DNA of 64,000 nt from Clostridia bacterium (GTDB taxonomy: Bacteria; Bacillota; Clostridia; UMGS1883): positions 163,508 through 227,507 of the forward strand of contig JAFVPB010000002.1 in the NCBI GenBank assembly GCA_017505525.1. Reading direction: 5' to 3'. The stretch's first letter is position 1. Every line of letters begins with the position of its first letter. This document shows positions 1 through 8,382 of this stretch, piece after piece. The position numbers and the translations under genes are program-made. The notes beneath the pieces were generated by a model, which worked only from the letters and a program-made list of their open reading frames with translations, did no database searches and was not told the DNA's origin.

Positions 1-687
1 ATCTGTAAGCTCTCCAATGGATAAATTCCTGTCGCCGCATGCCCTTGCGATACATTCTCCCGCCAGAAGCGGACTTATTCCCATAACCTTATCGCAAACT
101 GCCCTGTCGGCTTCTCTGCCCTCGGGCGCATCACAGAGCGCATAATAAAAGTCTTCCGCCGATGCCTCTTCTCCATTAAGCCTTTCTCCCGCAGGAGGCG
201 GAAAATATATAAGTCCCGGCAGCACATTTCGTTTCGAGCTTACAGAAAGGTCGATATGCTTTATAGAATCGGTAATTCTGTTATCGCCGTCAGTTAGAAT
301 AATATTTGAATTTCTTCCCATTATTTCGCACATTAAATGGCGCGTAACAATATCTCCGAGTTCGCTGTAGCACGAAAGCGAAATATCGATTATCCTGTCG
401 AATCCCACTCTTTTAACGCTCTCGATTTTTGCCCCTGTGAGATGCTTTCTTAAAAGCATGCAAAACATTGGAGGTGCTGCGGGATTTTCCTTATTTTTAT
501 CTGTAAAATGAATTCTTGCAGTAGAGCTGTTTGCACTTACAACAAGCCTTTTTGTTTCGCGGTTGGCTTTTATAATAAGCATTAATTCTTCACGTTCGGG
601 CTGATGTATCTTTTCGATTCTTCCGCCGCTGAGTTCATTATTAAGTTCTTCTGCCAAAGCGCTGAGCGCTATCGCATCAAGCGGCAT
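1..687 (-). CDS. rqcH: RqcH/FbpA (NFACT-family ribosome quality-control protein), N-terminal part; the gene runs off the window start
   Basis: Not in the ORF track because it is open at the window edge. My translation from ATG at 687 gives MPLDAIALSALAEELNNELSGGRIEKIHQPEREELMLIIKANRETKRLVVSANSSTARIHFT..., the conserved N-terminus of fibronectin-binding protein A / Rqc2 homologues. Confidence 0.7.
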   Translation of the reverse strand, partial: MPLDAIALSALAEELNNELSGGRIEKIHQPEREELMLIIKANRETKRLVVSANSSTARIHFTDKNKENPAAPPMFCMLLRKHLTGAKIESVKRVGFDRIIDISLSCYSELGDIVTRHLMCEIMGRNSNIILTDGDNRITDSIKHIDLSVSSKRNVLPGLIYFPPPAGERLNGEEASAEDFYYALCDAPEGREADRAVCDKVMGISPLLAGECIARACGDRNLSIGELTD

Positions 688-709
688 AAAATCACCCCTT
701 AAGATATAA

Positions 710-1558
710 CTAAACTATCCTGAATCCGTCGCCTATAATATCACTCGACGTTCCTATTATTGTAAAAGCCTTTTCATCAAGTGCTCTTATCTTATGCTTA
801 AGCCTTACTGCCTGGCGCTTATCCACCACGCAAACAAGCATTCTTTTTTTATCGCCCGTATAAACTCCCTCGCACCCGTTTATAATCGTCGCACCGCGGT
901 CGAGTTCGTTTGTGATAAACCTTGTAATTTCCGCTTCTTTCTCTGTGATAATAAGAAAAAACTTCGATGCATTAAACCCCTCAATCGCATTGTCTACAAC
1001 AAGCGAGCGCACCACAATTGCAAAAAGAGAAAACATTCCAAGCTCTGTTCCAAAAACGGCAATAGATGCACACACAACAAAAAAATCAACCACCAGAAGT
1101 GCTTTTCCTATGTCGAGCCCCGTATGTTTTTTTATTATAAGAGCCACAATATCCGTTCCGCCCGAGCTTGCTTCCTCGTTAAAAAGAATTGCCACTCCGA
1201 AAGAAACAAGTAGCATATCAAAGAAAAGCTCAAGCATTTTCTGGTTTGTAAGAGGGGCATTCATAGGCACAAAAGCTTCAAGTAAATTTAAAAGAATTGA
1301 ATAAAGAAGCGTTGAATACACTGTTTTCAGCGCAAACCCTTTTCCCAGCACAAGGTAACCCAGAAGAAGAAGCAAAAGATTAAGCATTGTTGCAATTCTG
1401 GCAGGAGAAATGTTCCCTGTCAGCTTGCTTAGGATAACAGAAGTTCCGCTTACTCCCCCTGTGGAAAAATTGTTTGCAAACTCGAAAAAATAAACGCCCA
1501 GTACAACAAGTATTGTGCCTAAAGTTATAAAGAAATAGGATTTTACTGTGCTTTTCAT
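710..1558 (-). CDS. YitT-family membrane protein (DUF161/DUF2179 type)
   Basis: ORF 710..1573. Multi-TM N-terminal part and a C-terminal DUF2179-like soluble domain (LIITEKEAEITRFI...GATIINGCEGVYTG). ATG at 1558 has a GAGGAG RBS; the 1573 start is a TTG without one. Confidence 0.8.
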   Translation of the reverse strand: MKSTVKSYFFITLGTILVVLGVYFFEFANNFSTGGVSGTSVILSKLTGNISPARIATMLNLLLLLLGYLVLGKGFALKTVYSTLLYSILLNLLEAFVPMNAPLTNQKMLELFFDMLLVSFGVAILFNEEASSGGTDIVALIIKKHTGLDIGKALLVVDFFVVCASIAVFGTELGMFSLFAIVVRSLVVDNAIEGFNASKFFLIITEKEAEITRFITNELDRGATIINGCEGVYTGDKKRMLVCVVDKRQAVRLKHKIRALDEKAFTIIGTSSDIIGDGFRIV

Positions 1559-1617
1559 AAAAGATCTCCTCAAGGGAATTTTTCTTTTATTTTTTCACAG
1601 CATTATAAATATATTCT

Positions 1618-2409
1618 TTAGTTCAATTTTTCTCTTTCAAGCATTCCGTCGAGAACTTCTTCTATCCATACAAGAAATCTTCCCCACTCATCAGGGTCGA
1701 TAATTGATTCTCCCCTTAACACTGCCTGAAGCTTTTCCTCTGTTTTATTCTGCTGAGGATGGTTTCCTAAAAACAAGTCAACGTGCTCGTCTTTAAGCGC
1801 GTGAAGACCCTTGCGGAAGATTTCTCTTGCATCAAGCGAAAGTCCTTTTCTATTTAAAAACTCCGCCGTCATACTGTTCATTCCTATTCCGCCGTGCATA
1901 GCAGCAATAATCGGCTTTTCTTCGCCGGGCACTTCAATAAAGAACGACATTGTTCCATCAGTGTGCCCCGGTGTGAGTCTTACGCGGATTTTTGTGCTTC
2001 CGAAAGTGAAAACATCTCCGTCTTCCATAAGCACATCACAGTTAAAGAAAGGAAGTATTTCGTAGTTCAGTTCTTCTGCCCACGAAAGATTGTATGTGCC
2101 GTTTAGAATATCGTTATCAATACGGCTGATATATGTTTTCGCACCGCTTAATTCCTTAAATTTTTCGGTACATCCAAAATGGTCGATATGGCCGTGAGAA
2201 TGGAAAATCGCACAGATATCCTTGGGATTAAGCTCAAGCTCTTTCATGCTTTCGAGGATTTGTTCATACATATCGGGATAGCCTGCGTCAATCATAACAA
2301 GGCCTTCCTCTGTTTTTATAAAATGCACAGAAACTCTTGTGCTTCCCGCAAAATAGATATTTTCATACATTTTAAATGGTTTTATATCTGATTTAACCAC
2401 GTTTTCCAT
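1618..2409 (-). CDS. MBL-fold metallo-hydrolase
   Basis: HSHGHIDHFG (HxHxDH) motif plus downstream His/Asp ligands. AAGGAGG RBS before ATG 2409. Confidence 0.8.
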   Translation of the reverse strand: MENVVKSDIKPFKMYENIYFAGSTRVSVHFIKTEEGLVMIDAGYPDMYEQILESMKELELNPKDICAIFHSHGHIDHFGCTEKFKELSGAKTYISRIDNDILNGTYNLSWAEELNYEILPFFNCDVLMEDGDVFTFGSTKIRVRLTPGHTDGTMSFFIEVPGEEKPIIAAMHGGIGMNSMTAEFLNRKGLSLDAREIFRKGLHALKDEHVDLFLGNHPQQNKTEEKLQAVLRGESIIDPDEWGRFLVWIEEVLDGMLEREKLN

Positions 2410-2421
2410 AGCAATTCCTCC

Positions 2422-3825
2422 TTAATAATATTCTCCGTTTATCTCACATTTTGTGATTTTATCTGCCACATTGTTAACGGCATATATATCTCCGTTACCT
2501 GATACTATATCAAAGTCGGAATATACATACGGAGAAACAAGCCTTATCCCCTCGCCGTCGAAGGTATAATAGCCATCATTTACAAGGCTTACGGAATATG
2601 GTGCATAATCCATGTGATTTTCGGGAGACCACAGGCATTTAACATAAAGCTTTCCATTTGCTTTGCCTATAATTTTAATTGAGTTGTAGTCGCCGTAGCT
2701 GATTTCTGTAAGCACACCTTCTTTTGAAAGCTTCCACATTCTTCTGTTTTGAAGGTAGTGCCTGAAGGTAGTTTGAGCATAGTCAACGGTGTTAAAATAT
2801 ATATCTCCGTTCAGCTCATACACATTTTCCACTGTTTTGAAAAGCCCGAGCGGTATTAAAGTGTCGTTTGATTTAATAAAGGTGTGGTTTTCTTTTCTTC
2901 CCCAGTTTCCGTTTTCTCCGTAATTATAAGTATAAATATTAACGTCGACCACTTCCAGAGGAAGATAAACTGACGATGTATATGCAGATACTGTGTACTC
3001 CGCCTCCACAACGTCATCGGGCTTGGCATAGTCATTCTTTGCTTCTTCAATGAAAATGCCATCAAGCTTCTGATCCTTGTAATAAACGCATCCGTCGTTC
3101 ACTGTAACATCAAATTTTGTATTTTGTATAGTATTCTCTTTTTCAACATAGTTGTCAAGCTGCACCATATTCCCAGTGCTATAGTCCAGACTGTAATACT
3201 CTGTTATATAATCATAATCAATGCTTCCGTCTTCAAGAAGAGTTTCTTTATCATAATACAAGCTTAACACAGCATCGTTTTCACGCTTTTCTATAAGCTG
3301 GTAGCGAAAAGCAGTGTTATTTACAGTATTAATCCTAAAGATATTATTCTCAAAGCTTATCTTCCAGCCGAAATTATTAACCGCATATTCCCACGTTGCG
3401 GGAAAATATGTAACTCCACGGAAATTTAAAAGAGGATATTCGCTCGAGCCGTTATCAATCTTTTTTCCATTGACATACACATTATACCCCTTTGGCACTA
3501 CGGCAGTATTATATTTCTGATTTGCCATTGTTTCATAGACAGGCAGCTTATCATCACACGGATTATATGCCACCATAAAAGCCGTACCCTCAAGCCAGCC
3601 TGTGGTAAGATTTAACGCCCTTGCGTATTCGTAAGTCATAGGAATATAGGTTATGCCCTTATAGTTTAAAAAGGGATATAAAGAATCGGCATAATAAACA
3701 AGAGAATCATCAATTATAACCTGATAATCAGGGATTTGCACGCTAACTTCATTATCTGCCGAAGCCGAAAAACAAAAGCAGTTTAAAATAAGCATTACTG
3801 CAACTAAAAACACCATTTTCTTCAT
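2422..3825 (-). CDS. Secreted hypothetical protein (signal peptide; two stalk-like repeats, then a probable beta-propeller-like region)
   Basis: N-terminal MKKMVFLVAVMLILNCFCFSASA signal peptide. Duplicated motif YKGITYIPMTYEYARALN / FRGVTYFPATWEYAVNNFGW. GGAGG RBS. Confidence 0.6.
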   Translation of the reverse strand: MKKMVFLVAVMLILNCFCFSASADNEVSVQIPDYQVIIDDSLVYYADSLYPFLNYKGITYIPMTYEYARALNLTTGWLEGTAFMVAYNPCDDKLPVYETMANQKYNTAVVPKGYNVYVNGKKIDNGSSEYPLLNFRGVTYFPATWEYAVNNFGWKISFENNIFRINTVNNTAFRYQLIEKRENDAVLSLYYDKETLLEDGSIDYDYITEYYSLDYSTGNMVQLDNYVEKENTIQNTKFDVTVNDGCVYYKDQKLDGIFIEEAKNDYAKPDDVVEAEYTVSAYTSSVYLPLEVVDVNIYTYNYGENGNWGRKENHTFIKSNDTLIPLGLFKTVENVYELNGDIYFNTVDYAQTTFRHYLQNRRMWKLSKEGVLTEISYGDYNSIKIIGKANGKLYVKCLWSPENHMDYAPYSVSLVNDGYYTFDGEGIRLVSPYVYSDFDIVSGNGDIYAVNNVADKITKCEINGEYY

Positions 3826-3999
3826 AATTCATTTCCTCCTTTTCTCGTCCCGAAGGGATATATCGCATTACGAAGTAATATATCGCACCGCAAGGTATAT
3901 CGCAAATTCCACAGGAAATTTATATCACTGAGTTTATCTTCGATGAAATAATTATATGATTTTGTCAAGTCAGGGACAAAAAATTAGTTTTGTAAATTA

Positions 4000-4587
4000 T
4001 TACTCATTTTCTTCTTTCTTGACGCAATACCCATAAGTGTAAATACTATTTGCGGTGCCATGCTCATATCTTGCCATAACTCTGATAACCGGGAACAAGA
4101 CAGTATTTTCATCAACTCTTACACTAATACTTGTTTCACTCTTACAATCGTTCAAATCCCATTGACCGCCATAGTTTGAAATTATAGTTTCTCCAACATA
4201 AACACCCAAAGCAAAAAGTATCCTGCCTGTATTTTGCGATAGAATACCATCATCCTTGTTTTGCTCATCAAAGAAACGATCAACATCTTTTAAGCTTTCA
4301 ATCGAAAAATCTGCCTGGTAGCCTGATGATTCAAGAGCTGTTTTTATCCATTCTTTAGCCGTAACAATATCCTTTTTCAATGATTCTATATCAAGAGATT
4401 GTTTTTCAGGAGAATTTGATGCAATTCTTATTATGACTACAACTGCTGTTAATCCCATTAAAATTAACCTTGGCATTATATCCATTATTGAGTTTCCTTC
4501 AGATATTGTACCATACACAATCATTCCAAGACATATTATTAAGATTGCAATTAAAGTTATTATTTTTGTTTTTGCTGACATTTTCAT
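4000..4587 (-). CDS. Hypothetical membrane protein (2 TM helices plus a C-terminal soluble domain)
   Basis: ORF track 195 aa. Two hydrophobic helices in the first 60 aa. I recognise no family signature. Confidence 0.5.
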   Translation of the reverse strand: MKMSAKTKIITLIAILIICLGMIVYGTISEGNSIMDIMPRLILMGLTAVVVIIRIASNSPEKQSLDIESLKKDIVTAKEWIKTALESSGYQADFSIESLKDVDRFFDEQNKDDGILSQNTGRILFALGVYVGETIISNYGGQWDLNDCKSETSISVRVDENTVLFPVIRVMARYEHGTANSIYTYGYCVKKEENE

Positions 4588-4823
4588 TTTCCTTTTTCTT
4601 TTTATGCTTTATTCGTTTTTGTCCCTTGTATATCAAAGCTTATGATTTTGTCAAGTTAGGGACAAAAAAAATTCAATGGTTTATCGGCGGTTTTCAAAAC
4701 CGCCAATAAATTCATACGATTAAAATGCCTTTCTAAAGGCTTCCCCTTGAGGGGAAGCTGTCACGAAGTGACTGATGAGGTGTTAATATGATTCAGTATA
4801 TCCTGACATACATTTTCAAATCT

Positions 4824-5126
4824 TTAATTAACATCTAAATTGGAATATCTCAATACTTTAATTCCTAAATTATTTAGAAATTCATCTCTTTTTGTATCAT
4901 TTTCTATACCACTCTCTCCATAGTGTTGTGAACCATCAAGTTCAATAACAATTTTAGCCGATGCAATATAGAAATCAACGATATAATTGCCAATCACCTT
5001 TTGTCGATTAACAGTTATAGGTAAAGTTTTCAGAAAATCATACCAAAGATGTCTTTCTTCTTTTGTCATATTTTTTCTTAATGTTTTTGCATTACCCGTT
5101 AATTTTGAATTATTAGTCTTGTTCAT
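4824..5126 (-). CDS. DUF559 (Vsr-like endonuclease fold) domain protein
   Basis: LRKNMTKEERHLWYDFL...FRRQ-like core...DFYIASAKIVIELDGSQH...D..RD..L...G..VLR, the typical DUF559 pattern. ATG at 5126 is preceded by a GAGGTGG RBS; the longer 5153 start would include the flanking repeat. Confidence 0.75.
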   Translation of the reverse strand: MNKTNNSKLTGNAKTLRKNMTKEERHLWYDFLKTLPITVNRQKVIGNYIVDFYIASAKIVIELDGSQHYGESGIENDTKRDEFLNNLGIKVLRYSNLDVN

Positions 5127-5435
5127 TTCCACCTCATCCGAGTTGCTTCGCAACCCACCTTCCCCTCAAGGGGAAGGCTTTTTTGTCCCTTGTATATCAA
5201 ACTTTAAAATCAATGAATAATTTAGATGCCACTGTTTTTTTGTCGATATGTAGACTTCGTCTACTCGATATTTTTACTTCGTAAAATCGATATGTTTTCC
5301 CTTTGGTCAAACTCGATATGATATAAATCTCGTTGCGTCAGTAACATATCGAGCCGTCAGGCATATCGAGTGCTTTAGCATATATCGAAAATCTCGCAAG
5401 AGATTTATATCGCTGAATTCATCTCCGATGAATTC

Positions 5436-5464
5436 ATTATACCACACATATTTCCCACATTCAA
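5436..5464 (-). promoter_or_regulatory. Sigma-A type promoter reading toward the hairpin array and the DUF559 gene
   Basis: Minus strand TTGAAT (5464-5459), 17 nt, TGgTATAAT (-10 at 5441-5436, extended -10 TG). It lies directly after the terminator of the upstream operon. Confidence 0.55.
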
Positions 5465-5477
5465 GGCTTCAGCCCCA

Positions 5478-5516
5478 TAAAAAAGATTGGTGCATAGTTT
5501 TTCACTGCACCAATCT
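5478..5516 (-). terminator. Rho-independent terminator of the MATE/ceramidase-like operon
   Basis: 11-bp stem agattggtgca / tgcaccaatct followed by a T-run on the minus strand. Confidence 0.7.
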
Positions 5517-5521
5517 GCATA

Positions 5522-6856
5522 TCAGAGTTCGTTTAAAAGCTTTACCATACCATCAACCATAATATTATCCCCACCCGGAGCAAGTGAAGAACCTCTGGCC
5601 TCGTATCCGCCTTCTTCATATGCCTGTGTTGTAGGAATATAACCGCCAGCACTGTTGGTAAGGCAACACAGTATTGTTGTGCTAAAAGGAGATTCGGCAC
5701 AAATACGGTTTCCTATCTCTGTAAAGGGTTCTCCACCTATTCCTGCAAATACTAAATCTCCAACTTTAATTGCCGAAAAATTAAATTTAAATGCCTCAGG
5801 GCCATTTTCAAGCTTAACAATGCGACTAGCTTCTGCAACCGCCGTAGTAAGCTCCATTTCCTTGTATGGAAGCTCATTCGCTCTGCCTGCTTCGTACAAT
5901 TCAAATATCTTTTTTGCTTCCTCGAGCCTGTCATTCTCCTGATGTGACGGGAGCATCACCGAGCTTTTCGCAAACGATATTTTATCAGCTTTAATCTTTT
6001 CCGTTATGGAACACACCGAAAGCACTGCACCTGCAATTACTCTGCCCATATGCTCCGCGTGCTTTATACTTCTGGGAACTCCGTCGAAATCAATTTCCGA
6101 AATATCGCTTTCTCCCTTTGTTGGCCTTACATTTACGTGATTAACATCTCCCTGAGGTGCAAGAAGAAACATACATTTTGTATTGGGAACAGCATTTTCA
6201 ATGATTGAGCAGACATACCCCATATAATCGGCACTTATATACTCTCCGCCTACGGAATCGGGATGTGTGCCGAAATTGACAATAAATATATCGTCCTTAT
6301 TTTCTCTTACTATTTTAACAAGCTTTACCGTCTCATTAGGTGTTCCCAGAGCGTGGTCAATATCAGGATTATTCACGCCTGGATTTGTTGCAACCGAGCC
6401 GTCTTTCATACGATAGCGACGTATAAAGGATATATTTTTTGCCTCGCCTTGTGCTGTTTCGATTGACGATTCACAAAGGTCGTTAAAAGCATACACTGCC
6501 GCATCACGCACGCAGGACACGAGAAAAGCATCATAGGCTTCAGTGCTTTTTTTATCCGATGCAAAGTCTTTACCCACAAGTGGTCCTGTGTGGGTATGCG
6601 AGCAATTAATAAATATTGCATTTTCATCAATTCCTGCAGCCTCACTAACAGCCTTCTTAAAATCGTCATAATATTTCTGCGCAGGAGTACATAAATCAAC
6701 TGCAATAACCACAGCTTTCTTTTCTCCATCATCAAATGCCGTTGCCCTGACATATAAATCATCCTGTATACCTTTCACAAAACGCGGCTCGTAATATCCC
6801 ACAATTGGAGAGCCGTAGGGCGGATTGATACACACTTTTGAAAAACCTGTTTTCAT
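5522..6856 (-). CDS. Neutral/alkaline ceramidase-like N-terminal-domain family hydrolase (function uncertain)
   Basis: MKTGFSKVCINPPYGSPIVGYY...DDLYVRATAFDDGEKKAVVIAVDLC... resembles the neutral ceramidase-like family. ATG at 6856 avoids overlap with the MATE stop at 6880. Confidence 0.55.
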   Translation of the reverse strand: MKTGFSKVCINPPYGSPIVGYYEPRFVKGIQDDLYVRATAFDDGEKKAVVIAVDLCTPAQKYYDDFKKAVSEAAGIDENAIFINCSHTHTGPLVGKDFASDKKSTEAYDAFLVSCVRDAAVYAFNDLCESSIETAQGEAKNISFIRRYRMKDGSVATNPGVNNPDIDHALGTPNETVKLVKIVRENKDDIFIVNFGTHPDSVGGEYISADYMGYVCSIIENAVPNTKCMFLLAPQGDVNHVNVRPTKGESDISEIDFDGVPRSIKHAEHMGRVIAGAVLSVCSITEKIKADKISFAKSSVMLPSHQENDRLEEAKKIFELYEAGRANELPYKEMELTTAVAEASRIVKLENGPEAFKFNFSAIKVGDLVFAGIGGEPFTEIGNRICAESPFSTTILCCLTNSAGGYIPTTQAYEEGGYEARGSSLAPGGDNIMVDGMVKLLNEL

Positions 6857-6879
6857 AAACACACGTCCTTTACAATATT

Positions 6880-8253
6880 TTATATTGTTGCTTCGCAAAG
6901 TTCTCTTTCCCCTGTAAGTTTTTTCTTTAATTTACCCATTGCAGGGAAATAGAAAAGAAGAAGCGTTATAATAGATGATATCCAACCTATCGGCCAGATA
7001 AGATATAAAAATGTGAGGTTTGGATAAAGCGGGAAAATATAGTGCACCCACGGGAAGCGTATCAGGCACATAAATACCATAGTTGAAACGGCAGGAATAA
7101 TGGGTTTTCCCATGCCCTTAAGTGCTCCTCCCATAATCTCGTTTATTCCGAAAAGAAAATATGTACTCGATACAATTATCATTTTCTGCTGAGAATATTT
7201 TATAACTTCAGGTGTTGTCGACATAATTGATGACAACTCCGCTGAAAAGAATGCTGAAAGCAAACCAAACGTCAGCCCGAAGCTTGCCGTAATCAAAGTT
7301 GCACGCAGCACCGTTTTTTTCACCCTGTCGAGATTTCCTGCACCTATATTCTGGGCGACATAAGGAATAGCCGCAAGCGAAGGAGCATATATAATCTGAT
7401 ACATTATCCCGTCAAACTGATTTGCAATTGAAACGCCCGTTGTGGCGTTCTCTCCAAAGCTGTTTACCACCGTCATAATAACAACATTGGCAAAAGAATA
7501 CATTGCCGTTTGAAGGCCCGACGGAACTCCTATATAAAGCATTTCTTTAAGTTCGTTGCCATATAATCCTAATTTTTTCAATTCAAACTGAAGCGCTTCA
7601 GTTTTCGCCACAGCAAAAAATGCTAAAAGACATATCACAAAGCTTGATATATTTGTTGCGATACTAACGCCCTTAACCCCCATGTCAAATACCGCTACAA
7701 AAAGCAGCGTAAATGCCACTTTTACTATTCCGCCAAGAATAAGGAAATACATTGGTCTTTTCGTATCTCCTGCAGCGCGCATAATTGCCGCACAAAAATT
7801 ATAAAGCATTAAAAACGGTATGCCGTAGAAATATATTCTGAAATACGTTGTTGCCGCCTTAAGCAGAGTATCGGGGCAGTTCGTCATTTTCAAAAAGGCT
7901 TCTGCAAACACTGCCCCGATGGTCATCAGTAAAAGTCCGCCCAGAACAGAGAATAAAAGAGCCGTCATTGTTGCTTTTTTAACACGCTCTTTATTTCCAA
8001 GCCCTATTCTTTTGGCAACCACTATGTTTGCTCCCACCGAAATTCCGATAAGAAGACTGGTGCAAAGCGTTATAAGCGAGCCCGAAGCCCCTACCGCGCC
8101 AACCGCACTGTCGCTCGAAAAGGTTTTAAGCACTGTCATATCTATAATGCCAAACACTATTTGCATAACGTTCATTACCATAATGGGCAAAGCAAGTATC
8201 AGCAAGCCTTTTACAATTGAACCCGAAAGCATATCAACATTTCTCTTTTTCAC
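6880..8253 (-). CDS. MATE-family efflux transporter
   Basis: 12-TM protein, 457 aa, with the N-terminal MATE signature (LALPIMVMNVMQIVFGIIDMTVL). GTG start with AGAGGTG RBS. Confidence 0.9.
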   Translation of the reverse strand: MKKRNVDMLSGSIVKGLLILALPIMVMNVMQIVFGIIDMTVLKTFSSDSAVGAVGASGSLITLCTSLLIGISVGANIVVAKRIGLGNKERVKKATMTALLFSVLGGLLLMTIGAVFAEAFLKMTNCPDTLLKAATTYFRIYFYGIPFLMLYNFCAAIMRAAGDTKRPMYFLILGGIVKVAFTLLFVAVFDMGVKGVSIATNISSFVICLLAFFAVAKTEALQFELKKLGLYGNELKEMLYIGVPSGLQTAMYSFANVVIMTVVNSFGENATTGVSIANQFDGIMYQIIYAPSLAAIPYVAQNIGAGNLDRVKKTVLRATLITASFGLTFGLLSAFFSAELSSIMSTTPEVIKYSQQKMIIVSSTYFLFGINEIMGGALKGMGKPIIPAVSTMVFMCLIRFPWVHYIFPLYPNLTFLYLIWPIGWISSIITLLLFYFPAMGKLKKKLTGERELCEATI

Positions 8254-8382
8254 TGCAGATGCACCTCTTTAGCTTATTTCATTCGAAATTATAGCACTTT
8301 ACATATCAAAGTGTTATGTAATTTTATAAATTAACTTGCACAAAAGATAGATTTATTATATAATGAACAAGAGGTTGATGTT

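Noticed and set aside
3955-5204. Classical integron
   Set aside because: There is no intI-type integrase, no attI, and the palindrome lacks the canonical R''/R' (RYYYAAC/GTTRRRY) cores. Only the cassette-like topology is retained as a hypothesis.
3845-5441. CRISPR array interpretation of the ATATCG-linked repeats
   Set aside because: The conserved unit is only 7-8 nt, the 'spacers' are 10-23 nt and self-complementary, the orientation flips within array 2, and no cas genes are nearby.
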